Below, piece after piece: positions 34,123 to 44,528 of a stretch of DNA of 64,000 nucleotides (its first letter is position 1; each line of letters begins with the position of its first letter). The notes under the pieces were generated by a model. That model saw only the letters and a list, made by a program, of their open reading frames with translations. It had not been told where the DNA came from and did not search any database. Both the position numbers and the translations under genes were made by a program. Origin of the DNA: an uncultured delta proteobacterium (GTDB taxonomy: Bacteria; Desulfobacterota; WTBG01); assembly GCA_963793865.1 (NCBI GenBank), contig CAWCBP010000008.1, forward strand, positions 355,182 through 419,181, given 5' to 3'.

Positions 34123-36577
34123 TCACCAGACCGGGATAATGCCTCCCGTATCCGTTTCCTGGAAGGGGACCCACACCAGGGCGGTGAGCGCCACGGAGAT
34201 GTCCTTCTTTTTGGGCTTTATGGCAAGCTGCTCGAGCGTCTCCGTCAGGGGGTCCGTACTTTTCCGTGCAGCCTCCGTTTCCTCCGCCAACAGCGCGTGA
34301 AGTCGCTGCCAGCCCCTTTCTCAGCTCATCGACGTTTTCCTCCGCCCGTTCCACATCTTTGGTCTCTTTCAGAATGCGGCCGGCGCGGCCTGCCGTCGTC
34401 GAAGCCCGCCCGAGGGTGGACCGGCTCCCCTTTCTTCTGCTCAACATGGCGTCGAAAATGGTGGTCCCCAGTGAAAGCGCGGTCTGCAGCTTTTGCTGCT
34501 GCGCCTGCTCCTTTTCCCGGTCCACCGCCTGCTCCGCCCTGCGAATGCGCTCCTCGAGGGCGGCGATTTTTTCCGTGTACTTCCTGCTGATGCGGTCAAT
34601 CAGCGCGTCCCTCATTTCGCGGGCCGCCGTCTGCAGGCGGATTCTGAAATCGCGCTCGCTTTCTCCCGGCCGGGACACCTCACCGAGCGAAGGACTCTTC
34701 ATCAGGCTGACGGTCATGTTCCGGTACAGCCACTCATGAAATGATTTTCCCCAGAGGGGGTAATTGCCCTTTGCCGATGCGTTTTTCGGCAGATCGCGGT
34801 AAGAGGCATCGGGATCATCGGGGAACTTTTCCAGGCTGCTGTCGGGAAGGGTCACCCGATCCGCCCTGTCCCAATCAATGAGGGAGGAGGTTTCAGGAAT
34901 CTCTGAGAGCAGTCCAATCTGTTCTTTGGCTGCCGCTCCCGCCGCCGCATCGGCGTAGTAAATGGTGCCGATACAGAGCAGCATTGGTTCGTACAACAGC
35001 CGCCCGCCTTCTTTTTTTTCTTCCTGCACGGGAACGAAATATTCGGGAATTCCCGGAGGCGTAATGGGACGTTGGGATGTGGCGGCGGCGGCAGCCCTTG
35101 TGGCAGGGGTCTGCTGCGAAGGTTCAGGGGCGGGCTGGGCGGCCGGCGGGATCGATGATCGCTTTTCATCCATCAGCAGCTTTATCTGGTCCCGGGTGAG
35201 CGGACCGCCGAGGTAGGACATGGCCCACCGGGTTTCAAAGGTCAGGGGCTCATCATCATGGACGTTGTTCATGAGAAAGACCCGCTTTCCCAGCCGGGAG
35301 ATGGTCTGCTCAAGCCGCTGACGGTCGAATCGTCCGCCGGCGCTTCCCGCGGCGCCCTCCAGCCCTTCAATCATGCGCGCCTTGTCCCGTTCGGTCTGCA
35401 GCCTGCCGATGAACCAGGTGCCGATATTGGAAAGGCCGCGGTAGTCGAGGTCCACGGGATTCTGGGTGGCCAGAAGACAGCCCAGCCCGAAGGCCCGCGC
35501 CTGTTTCAGCAGGGTGATCAGCGGTTGTTTCGAGGGAGGATTTGCCACCGGGGGAAAGTAGCCGTAAATTTCATCCATGTACAGCAGGGCCCGGAGGCTG
35601 GTCGTCCCGGGCTGTGTGCGCATCCATCCCACCACCTGAGTGAGCAGCAGGGAGACAAAAAACATCCGCTCGGCATCGTTTAAGTGGGCGATGGAAAATA
35701 TGGACACCCGCGGTTTCCCCTGCGCGGTGTACAGCATCCCGTCCATGTCCAGCGGCTCACCCTGCAGCCAGGACTGGAACCCCGGGGCTGCCAGCAGATT
35801 GTTCAGGCGCATTGCCAGCGCAAAGCGGTCCTTGGAGGAAAAAAAGGATTCCAGGTCGAAGATGCCGATTTTTTCCACCGGCGGCGACTGGATGGCCATG
35901 ATTAATCCGGGAAGGTCAAGCGACTGACCGTTTTTCCATGCCCCGTCAAGGATGGTTGAAATCAGGATGTGTTCCCTGCTCTGAAGGGGATCCGCTTGGA
36001 TGCCCAGCAGGTTGAGCATGCCGGTGACCGTCACCGTGATTCTTTCCCGCAGCAGGTCGCTGTCGTTAAGGATGACCGGGGCGGGGGATTCAAATGATTT
36101 GAGTATGGACACGGGGAGACCGGCACTGCTGCCGGGCGTGTAAATGGAAAAGTCAACCGCCTCCCGCAGCCGCCCGATACGTGCCTTGTCCTGCCCCCAT
36201 TCGGCCAGCCCCTTTTCCCAGAGTCGCGCCTGGCTTTCGGCATAGGCCTCCCGCGACAGCCCCTGCTTGCGCGCGTCTTCTTCATTGACCCAGGGGAGGA
36301 AAGAGGAAGCGCTGAGATCGGGGAAGGTGAGCAGGAGGTTGGCAAGGTCCCCCTTGGGATCAACGACGATGGAGGGGATACCGTCAAGGGCGGCTTCCTC
36401 CAGCAGCCCGATGCAGAGGCCGGTTTTCCCGCTGCCGGTCATCCCCACGCACACCGCGTGCGTCAGCAGGTCCTTTGATTCATACAGCAGGAGGTTGTCC
36501 TTCCGCCGGCCCGCTTCGCTGTCATACTCCCGCCCCAGGTAGAAAATCCCCAGCTTTTCAAAATCTTCCATGATCAT
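34123..36577 (-). CDS. HerA/FtsK-superfamily ATPase (DUF87/DUF853-like); C-terminus probably frameshifted at about 34308-34320
   Basis: GMTGSGKT, LYMDEIYG, ATQNP. The +1 frame gives QRLHALLAEETE..LAIKPKKKDISVALTALVWVPF ending at TGA 34125-34123, whereas the track ORF (to 34076) ends in low-plausibility sequence. Confidence 0.8.
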
Positions 36578-36674
36578 CCTTTATTCTTAATATGGGGTCA
36601 GGTCTTGAATTATCAGTTTTCTTCACCTATGACTTGATCCGAAAGAAACTTCAAATGTTTTTGGCGAGTCTTTA

Positions 36675-39347
36675 ATGTGCCTCGCTCCAGGAGTTTCCCC
36701 AGCTTACCTCCACTTCGAGCGGGACAATCAGGGTCATCACCTTTTCCATTTCTTCCTTCACCAGGGCGCTCACCGCGGTCAGCTCATCCCGGGGTACCTC
36801 GAAGACCAGCTCGTCATGCACCTGGATGATCATCCGGGTTTTGAGCCGTTCGCCTTTTATCCGGTTGTGAATGGCGATCATGGCCATTTTAATCATGTCC
36901 GAGGCGGTGCCCTGGATGGGGGTGTTGATGGCGGTGCGCTCGGCAAACTGGCGCGCCGCCAGGTTCCTGCTGTTGATCTCGGGAAGGTAGCGGCGCCGCT
37001 TCATCAAAGTGCTGACATATCCTTTTTCCTTTGCCTCCCTGAGCTCGCTGTCGATGTAATTCTTCACCCCCTGGTATTTACGGAAGTAATTTTCAATGAA
37101 GGCGCTTGCCGCTTTGGGGGTGATGCCGAGTTCCTGCGCCAGGCCGAAGCTGCTCATGCCGTAAATGATGCCGAAATTAATCACCTTGGCTTCCCGCCTC
37201 ATCCCTTCAGTGACCAGATTGGGCATCAGCCCGAATATTTCGGCGGCGGTGCGCCGGTGAATGTCCTCCCTGCGCTTGAAGGATTCGATCAGGAGTTCGT
37301 CCTGTGAGAGGTGGGCCAGGATGCGCAGCTCGATCTGGGAGTAGTCGGCGGAAAGGATCTCCCAGCCGTCTGCGGCTATGAACGCATCCCTGATTTTTCT
37401 CCCCTCCGCGCTGCGGATGGGGATGTTCTGAAGGTTGGGGTTGCTGCTGCTGAGCCTGCCGGTGGCGGTGACGGTCTGGTTGTAGGAGGTGTGGATGCGC
37501 CCGGTGTCCGGGCTGATCAGGCCGAGCAGGGCATCCACGTAGGTGGACTTGAGCTTGCTGATGCTGCGGTATTTGAGCACTTCGGCGGGCAGGGGGTGAA
37601 TCTGGGACAGGCCCGTCAGCATGGCAACATCGGTGGAATAACCGGTTTTCGTCTTTTTCGCCCCGGGGAGCTGCAATTTTTCAAACAGGATCCTGCCGAG
37701 CTGCTGGGGCGAATTAATGTTAAATTCCTCGCCTGCCGCCTGGTAGATGGTTTGCGTGGCGGTATTAAGAAAATCTTCAAACTCTTTTCCCCGTTCGCGC
37801 AGTGTTTCAGTATCGATCTTAACGCCGTTCATTTCCATGGTGGCCAGCACCTCGATCAGCGGCAGCTCCACCTCGTAGAAAAGCCGGTCGAACCCCTCCC
37901 GGCTGAGCCGGGGCAGCAGCAATGCCGCTGCCTCAAGGGACAGCCGGCAGCGCTCGCAGGCGTAGTTCGAAACCTGGCCGGCATCGATCTGATCGAACGC
38001 CAGCTCCTTTCTGCCGCTGCCCGCGAGCTCCTTGTAGGAAAGCATCTTATGGTCAAGCCATTCCAGCGCGATCTCCTCCAGGCTATGGCTGTGCTTTCCG
38101 GGGTTGAGCAGATAGGAGGCCACCATGCTGTCGGAGGTGATGCCCCTGAGCTCGATGCCGAAGCGCCTGAACTGAATGATTTCGTGCTTGATGTTGTGTC
38201 CGTATTTCCTGATGCGCTCATCCTCAAGGACCGGCTTCAACTGCTGAAGCACCCACTCCCGGTCGCAGCCGCCTTCATCGCCGGCGTGCGCGGGAGTGAG
38301 CGGCAGGTAGAACACCCGGTCCGCGTCCGCGGCAAGTGATATTCCCGACGGCTTGCTGCCAAAAGGTTCCAGGTCGGCGGGCATGCAGTTGAGCGCGCAC
38401 TGACGCGCCTCCCTGATCTGCGAAAGCACTTGCATGCATGCTTCCCTGGTGGTCGCCAGCTGAGAGCACTGCGCGACGGCCGCCGGCGCGGGGGTGATGG
38501 CCTGGAGAAAGGTGGTGAACTCAAGCTGCTTGAAAAGCTCCTTCAGTTTTTCACGGTCGGGGGGCGCCACTTTCAGATCGTCGGGCTGATAGTTGAGCGG
38601 GACGGCGCTGTCAAGGGTTACCAGCTGGCGGCTCAGGAGCGCCTTGTCGCTGCAGGCAATGAGATGCTCACGCACCTTCCGGGAATCGACCTTGTCGACA
38701 TTCCTGAGCAGGTTCTCTATGCTATCAAATTCCCCGATCAGCTTGATGGCGGTTTTTTTACCGATGCCGGGTACTCCCGGGACATTGTCCGAGGTGTCCC
38801 CGACCAGCCCCAGGAAATCCACCACCCGCTCCGGTTTTACCCCGAGGTGTTCGAGAACGCCTGCCGGGTCAAACCGCTTGTCGCGCATGGTGTCAATGAC
38901 GGTGGTATGATCGCTGACCAGCTGCAGCAGGTCCTTATCACCGCTGACGATACAGACGTCCATGCCCCTGCGTTCCTCGGCCCGGGCAATGGTGGCGATG
39001 ATGTCGTCAGCCTCAAAACCTTCCAGCTCGAGGCTTTTGATGTTGAACCCCTTCACGATCTCCTTGATAAAGGGGACCTGGGCTATGAGGTTATCGGGCA
39101 TCCGGGGGCGGTTGGCCTTGTATTCCTGATAGACTTCGTGCCGGAAGGTGGGCGCGGGGGTATCATAGGCAATGGCGAGATGGGCAGGATGGTAGTCATT
39201 GATGATCTTGAGCAGCATGCTGGTGAAGCCGTACACGGCATTGGTGGGCTGACCGGCGGAGTTTGAAAGGTAGGGGATGGCAAAAAAAGCCCGGTAGATG
39301 TAAGAACTGCCATCGATAAGAAAGAGGGTCTGTCGCCCGGCCATCAC
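36675..39347 (-). CDS. polA: DNA polymerase I
   Basis: LIDGSSYIYRAFFA 5'-3' exonuclease; TATGRLSSSNPNLQNIP, DYSQIELR, AKVINFGIIYG, QVHDELVFE. Confidence 0.98.
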
Positions 39348-39425
39348 GCATACCTGGTGTGAAATTGTCCGGGTCAGGCAGGCCTTTTTACGATTGCAAA
39401 GGCGCTGGTTCCCGGCATCCCGGAA

Positions 39426-39806
39426 TCATTTCAGCGTTCTGGTGTGGTCAATGGTAAAATCGAAGTGATGGGTGTAGAAGGGTATTACGATATCCCCTTC
39501 CCAGGATACCTGGATGGTAACCGTCTGGTCGTTTCGCTCCGCCACGATATTGTCCAGGGTGATGTCCACGCCGCGGCTCCGTGCCTCGATCAGTACCGCT
39601 TCGGCTATGTCCCGGTTGGAGCGGTAGGTCTTTGCTTTCCAGTCCTCGGCCGCATCCCCGGCGATCTGAAAGGCTTTCTTGTCCAGAAAATATTTTGCCA
39701 TGTACACCCTGCCGAATTTGTAACCCACATAGCCTCCGGCAATGATAAGCGCTGTAATAAAAAGGCATCCGAGATTTATTCTGCCGCGCATGCGAAAGTG
39801 CTTCAT
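39426..39806 (-). CDS. DUF4845-like single-TM protein
   Basis: AAGGAGG RBS + ATG 39806; RGRINLGCLFITALIIAGGYVGYKF TM then soluble domain. Confidence 0.65.
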   Translation of the reverse strand: MKHFRMRGRINLGCLFITALIIAGGYVGYKFGRVYMAKYFLDKKAFQIAGDAAEDWKAKTYRSNRDIAEAVLIEARSRGVDITLDNIVAERNDQTVTIQVSWEGDIVIPFYTHHFDFTIDHTRTLK

Positions 39807-39951
39807 AGGGCCCCTCCTTACCAGTCGCTGGTTTGTTGCACCATGAGCCTGCGTATCACCATGCGGTTGAAAGAACTGTACACCGACCTGTTCATGTTTG
39901 ACCATGCCGGTACAAGTTCCCGTGCCTCTAAACAGGTTCCTTAACAACTCA

Positions 39952-39980
39952 CTATAGGGAAATTAACCGGGTGTGTCAAC
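39952..39980 (-). promoter_or_regulatory. sigma70-like promoter for DUF4845-like gene and polA
   Basis: TTGACA-N17-TATAGT. Confidence 0.65.
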
Positions 39981-40181
39981 CGGAAGATGAACTTATCGGC
40001 TGATTAAAATCAGGCGCAGAGATGCTTTGGTTGTTGAATGTGTGGCTTGCGGATATCAGTTATGGTAACACATGCAGAGCCCCTCGTGCTCTTATTATGC
40101 GAAAAAACACACGACCAATTTTCACTGCATTGAAAAATAATCGTGACTATTAAGTTCGTCGGGAGTGTCAACCGAAAGATA

Positions 40182-40253
40182 AAGAGGGACGCCCTTAAAA
40201 TTCTAAGAATCCATTTTTTGCCTCAAACTTAGAATTTTAAGGGCGTCCCTCTT
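40182..40253. repeat. Perfect 26-bp inverted repeat with 20-nt spacer
   Basis: AAGAGGGACGCCCTTAAAATTCTAAG..CTTAGAATTTTAAGGGCGTCCCTCTT. Confidence 0.85.
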
Positions 40254-40274
40254 ATACATACATAAAGTGCCTTT

Positions 40275-41495
40275 CTACGGCAAATGGGCAAGCCACTGGT
40301 ATGCCGGGGCGACAAGAATTTTGTGGTCTCCGTTTGACAGCAGCCGGTAGGTCTTCCCTTCCTGCGTTAGCTGGGCCGCCGGTATCTTCAGCGCCGATTG
40401 AAATTTGGTGAGCGCTGTCGAGGGCTGCATGTCCGATAGCTTTGCTTCGATCAAAAGAAAAGGTCGGCGGTCTCTGGCAATGAGAAAGTCGACTTCCTGC
40501 TTTTCCTTGTTTTTTATAAAGTGAAGCGAGAACAGTCCATAACCCATGTCATTCCATGAAGTGATCGCGCGGTAGAGTTCAATTGCCACCATGTTTTCAA
40601 AGCGGGCTGCCGGTTCGGAAATGCGCGGGGAATCCCAGAGATAGATTTTGCGCTCTTTTTGAATCGCCCGGGTAATCTTTGCCGTCCATGGATATACGCT
40701 GAATACGAGGAAAAATCTTTCGAATACTGAGATCCAATTCTTCACCGAGTTGTAGGATGCCTTGAGATCCCGGGCAAGAGCCGGTACCGAGAGCGGGCTT
40801 CCGATTTTTGAGGGGAGCAAGAGATAAAGTGTCTCGACATCTCCTATGGATTTGATATCGGTCATGTCCCGGATATCCTCTTTGATCAATTGCTGGGCAT
40901 AGCTGTTTGACCATCGGCGGTAGGTGGTCATTTTTCCCGATAAATAAGGTTCAGGAAAGCCGCTCAGGTTCGAAAGCTGCATCCACATATCCTTGAGTGT
41001 CTGGTGCCGCTCCATGCTCATGGAGAGCGGATCCTTCACTATGTCTTCAATAGTGTGAGCGCATTTTCCCAGCTCGGCAACGGTAAATGGCCAGAGGTGA
41101 AAGAGAAAATATCGGCCTGCAAGGGAATCACCGCCCTTGCGGTAAACGTCGAGCCGCCCGCTTCCTGACACAAGGAACTGATACCTTGCATGAAAGTGAT
41201 CGTAGGTACCTTTAAGATAATTTTTCCATTCTTTATATTTGTGGATTTCATCAAAAATGATGAGGGGGATGGATGAATCCTTGCGTTCGACCGCCTCAAA
41301 AAAAGCAGGGTTTTCCAAAAGGCGCGTTCGGTGTTGCGGAATATCCCAATTGAAATAAAGGCTGTTGCTATAGGAACGTGAGATAATTTTTGCCAGGGTG
41401 GTTTTCCCCGCCTGCCGTGGTCCAGCCATAAAGACCATGCTTTTTTCTGCGGCAAGTTCCTTCCAGATGTTTATATAGAATTCCCTCCGTTCCAT
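40275..41495 (-). CDS. AAA_14 + DUF4143 ATP-binding protein
   Basis: GPRQAGKTT, IIFDEIHK, VSGSG, GFPEP, KIYLWD, FENMV, QEVDF. Confidence 0.85.
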   Translation of the reverse strand: MERREFYINIWKELAAEKSMVFMAGPRQAGKTTLAKIISRSYSNSLYFNWDIPQHRTRLLENPAFFEAVERKDSSIPLIIFDEIHKYKEWKNYLKGTYDHFHARYQFLVSGSGRLDVYRKGGDSLAGRYFLFHLWPFTVAELGKCAHTIEDIVKDPLSMSMERHQTLKDMWMQLSNLSGFPEPYLSGKMTTYRRWSNSYAQQLIKEDIRDMTDIKSIGDVETLYLLLPSKIGSPLSVPALARDLKASYNSVKNWISVFERFFLVFSVYPWTAKITRAIQKERKIYLWDSPRISEPAARFENMVAIELYRAITSWNDMGYGLFSLHFIKNKEKQEVDFLIARDRRPFLLIEAKLSDMQPSTALTKFQSALKIPAAQLTQEGKTYRLLSNGDHKILVAPAYQWLAHLP

Positions 41496-41498
41496 GCC

Positions 41499-41560
41499 GA
41501 CTATTATTCACCATAATGAAAAATAGTCAAGACTATTTTTCACTGTACTGAAAAATAGTC
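41499..41560. promoter_or_regulatory. Two tandem 30-bp palindromes directly upstream of the AAA_14 gene
   Basis: GACTATT(A/T)TTCA-N6-TGAAAAATAGTC at 41499-41528 and 41531-41560. Confidence 0.65.
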
Positions 41561-41788
41561 AGGGGCATCGTGTGTGCTCCGCGACGTATAATCAGGTAAA
41601 GGTTTTGGGCCCTGCTGGAGAATAAACTGCCGGAAAAAAACGGGCACATGGTCAGAATTTCCCGGGAGCTTAAGCATAGCTCCGGGAGTTTTATAATTCA
41701 CTTGACAAACAAAAAGGAAATATGTCATTCCATACCTGCTTGAGAAGAAGATGAGCGTTGAATTGTCTCACCGGAATGGAGGAATATC

Positions 41789-43219
41789 ATGTTAAAAAAA
41801 GGGCTGGAAGCTGTTGTCGGCAAAAAATACGTTCTGGATGATGAGCCAACCCTCGATGCCTATTCGAAGGATCTGAGTCTGAGCACCCCCCGCAGACCGT
41901 CATTCGTGGTCAAGCCCAAGAATACCGAGGAAGTCCAGGGGCTGGTGAAGCTGGCCAACAAGCACCTGATACCGCTCATACCGTCAAGCTCGGGAGCCCA
42001 CTGTAACGGCGCGACCATTCCCGAACAGGGCGGCATTGTGGTGGACCTGAGAAGGATGGACAAAATAGTGCAGATTGACGCCAGAAACCGCAAGGTGAAA
42101 GTTGAACCGGGCGTGACCTGGGGCCAGCTGCAGGCGGCCTTGAAGGAGTATGACCAGATGCCGCTTACCCCCCTCTTTCCCCACCCGCAGATGTCCGCCA
42201 TGACCTCCAGCCTGGAGCGGAACCCCATGCTGATTCCCAAGTATGAATATGCCGAGCCGGTGCTGACCATGGAGGTTGTACTCCCCCAGGGCGATGTGTT
42301 CAGGACGGGAACCGCTTCCGCGGCCAACACCGAGGAGGCCTACCCTGAGGGGCCGGGGATCGATTTTTACCGCCTCTTTCAGGGGGCGCAGGGAACGCTG
42401 GGCATCGTCACCTGGCTCAACATTAAAACGGAATACCTGCCGAAACACCAGAAGGTCTTTTTTGTTCCCTTTAAAAGAATCGAGGACGCGGTGGATCCCG
42501 TCTACCGCATGCAGCGCAGGCACATCGGGAACGAGTGCTTCCTCCTGAACAGCTTCAACCTGGCCCTGCTGCTGGCGGATGAATGGCCGAAGGACTTTGA
42601 GGACTACCGGGAAAAGCTTCCTCCCTACATTCTGACGGTGGTCATCGCCGGCGCGCCGCGCCGTCCGCTGGAGCGGATTGCCTATGAGGAAGAGGCGCTG
42701 CATGAAATCGCTTCACAGCTGCTGTTTGAGCCTGCCGCCACCGTCGCGGGCATCGCCGGCCTGCAGGACATAATGCTGCAGAAGCTCCGCTCGCCCCAGG
42801 ACGAGGGCAGCTACTGGAAGACCAGGTGCAAGGGTTCTTCGCAGGACATCTTTTTCATAACCACCATGGACCGCGCCGGAGCATTCCACGGGAAGGTGAT
42901 GGAGGCCTGCGGCCGGTTCAACTATCCGACGCGCGATGTGGGCGTTTACCTGCAGCCGCTGGAGCGGGGCAGGGCCTGCCATCTGGAATTCAGCTTCCCC
43001 TGCGATCTCGCCTGCGGCCCGGAGCGGGAGAAGATTGGAGAGCTCTGCCGGTGCTTGAGCGAGGAACTGATCACCATGGGCGCCTTTTTCTCGCGGCCCT
43101 ATGGCCCCTGGGCGGATATGGTTTACCGGAGGGCGTCAGCCTACACCGCCACCTTAAAGGAAATTAAAAAGGTTTTTGATCCCAACAGCATTTTAAATCC
43201 CGGTAAGCTCTGCTACTAA
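41789..43219 (+). CDS. FAD-binding oxidoreductase (VAO/PCMH/GlcD superfamily)
   Basis: VVKPKNTEEVQ, VDLRRMDKI, VEPGVTW, GAQGTLGIVT, DPNSILNPGK; GGAGG RBS. Confidence 0.9.
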   Translation: MLKKGLEAVVGKKYVLDDEPTLDAYSKDLSLSTPRRPSFVVKPKNTEEVQGLVKLANKHLIPLIPSSSGAHCNGATIPEQGGIVVDLRRMDKIVQIDARNRKVKVEPGVTWGQLQAALKEYDQMPLTPLFPHPQMSAMTSSLERNPMLIPKYEYAEPVLTMEVVLPQGDVFRTGTASAANTEEAYPEGPGIDFYRLFQGAQGTLGIVTWLNIKTEYLPKHQKVFFVPFKRIEDAVDPVYRMQRRHIGNECFLLNSFNLALLLADEWPKDFEDYREKLPPYILTVVIAGAPRRPLERIAYEEEALHEIASQLLFEPAATVAGIAGLQDIMLQKLRSPQDEGSYWKTRCKGSSQDIFFITTMDRAGAFHGKVMEACGRFNYPTRDVGVYLQPLERGRACHLEFSFPCDLACGPEREKIGELCRCLSEELITMGAFFSRPYGPWADMVYRRASAYTATLKEIKKVFDPNSILNPGKLCY

Positions 43220-43234
43220 AGGAGGACCAGTTCA

Positions 43235-44512
43235 ATGGGTAAGAAAAAAGAGATGATCCTTCCCAAGGACCCGCGCTATTTAAAGTATCCCATCGACGAG
43301 CCCTTTGACCCGCGCTGGACGGCCTTTAACTGCTCCCGCTGCTCCTGCTGCAAGTGGATAGATTCCTGGAGGGTGAAAAGCGCCAAGTACGCCCGCATCT
43401 GCCCCCAGCACAAGCGCTACCTCTATGACGCCTATTCGGCCCAGGGGAAGTGCGACCTGGCGCTGGCCGTCATCGACGGCAAGATGAAGTGGGGCGATGA
43501 ACCCGCCATCAAGGACATCCTGTTCCGCTGCACCCTCTGCGGCGGGTGCGACACCATGGACAAGTGCATCAGGGACGGCGAGGTGCTCAAGCTGCAGAAG
43601 TGGATGCGGGAGGAGTACATCAAGGCGGTCGGCGTGCTTCCCGATCACCAGCCGCTGGTGGACAGCGTGCGCAACTATGACAACGTGTGGATCCAGCCGC
43701 GCGCCCGGAGGAATTCCTGGGCCAGGGACATGGAGATCAAGGACCTCAACACCGAGAAGGCCGAGGTGCTGCTCTTCGTGGGGTGCACCTACGGGCTCTC
43801 CGAGGAACTCAAGGCGACCATTCGCAACGTGGCTTCCATTCTAAAGAAGGCCAGGGTGAATTTCGGGATCCTGGGCTCCAAGGAGCTGTGCTGCGGAAGT
43901 CCGGTGGAGAAGATCGGGGTCACGTCCGAATTCGAGCGGCTGGCCAGGGCAAACATTGAGCGCTTTAATAAGCTCGGGGTAAAAACGGTGGTGGCCCCCT
44001 GTGCCGGGTGTTACGGCACCATACGCGAAGAGTATGACCGCTTCAAAATCAAGAAGAACTTTGAGGTGCTCCACATTACCGAACTCTTTGATCAGCTGGT
44101 CGGGGAGGGAAAGCTCAAGTTCAAGAAGGAGGTTCCCCTCACGGTGACCTGGCACGATCCCTGCCATCAGGGCAGGCTGTCGCGTCCGTACGTGCCGGGC
44201 AAGGAGATTGACGGCGTCTATGAACAGCCGCGAAATATTCTCAAGGCCATTCCCGGCATCGAGCTCTACGAAATGGAGCGGATCAAGGAATACGCCTGGT
44301 GCTGCGGCGGCGGCGGCGGGGTCTTCACCGCCTTCAAGGATTTTGCCCAGTGGACGGCGCTTGAACGCCTGGAGGAGGCCAAGGACACCGGAGCGCAGGT
44401 GCTGGCCACCAGCTGCCCCTGGTGCGAGTCCAACCTGGGTAATGCCGTCAAGGGCATGGAGGAAAAGATCGGCATCGCCAGTTTAACTGATATAATGGTC
44501 AAAGCTCTCTAG
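43235..44512 (+). CDS. Fe-S/CCG-domain protein (GlcF/HdrD-like)
   Basis: CSRCSCC, CTLCGGC, LCCG, WHDPCH, WCCGGGGG, TSCPWC. Confidence 0.9.
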   Translation: MGKKKEMILPKDPRYLKYPIDEPFDPRWTAFNCSRCSCCKWIDSWRVKSAKYARICPQHKRYLYDAYSAQGKCDLALAVIDGKMKWGDEPAIKDILFRCTLCGGCDTMDKCIRDGEVLKLQKWMREEYIKAVGVLPDHQPLVDSVRNYDNVWIQPRARRNSWARDMEIKDLNTEKAEVLLFVGCTYGLSEELKATIRNVASILKKARVNFGILGSKELCCGSPVEKIGVTSEFERLARANIERFNKLGVKTVVAPCAGCYGTIREEYDRFKIKKNFEVLHITELFDQLVGEGKLKFKKEVPLTVTWHDPCHQGRLSRPYVPGKEIDGVYEQPRNILKAIPGIELYEMERIKEYAWCCGGGGGVFTAFKDFAQWTALERLEEAKDTGAQVLATSCPWCESNLGNAVKGMEEKIGIASLTDIMVKAL

Positions 44513-44528
44513 CGAAAGGACATATTCC

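Noticed and set aside
39948-39961. ACTCACTATAGGGA, a 14-nt match to the T7 promoter core
   Set aside because: The upstream TAATACG is absent, there is no vector or phage sequence nearby, and the bases are explained as the -10 (TATAGT) of a minus-strand sigma70 promoter.
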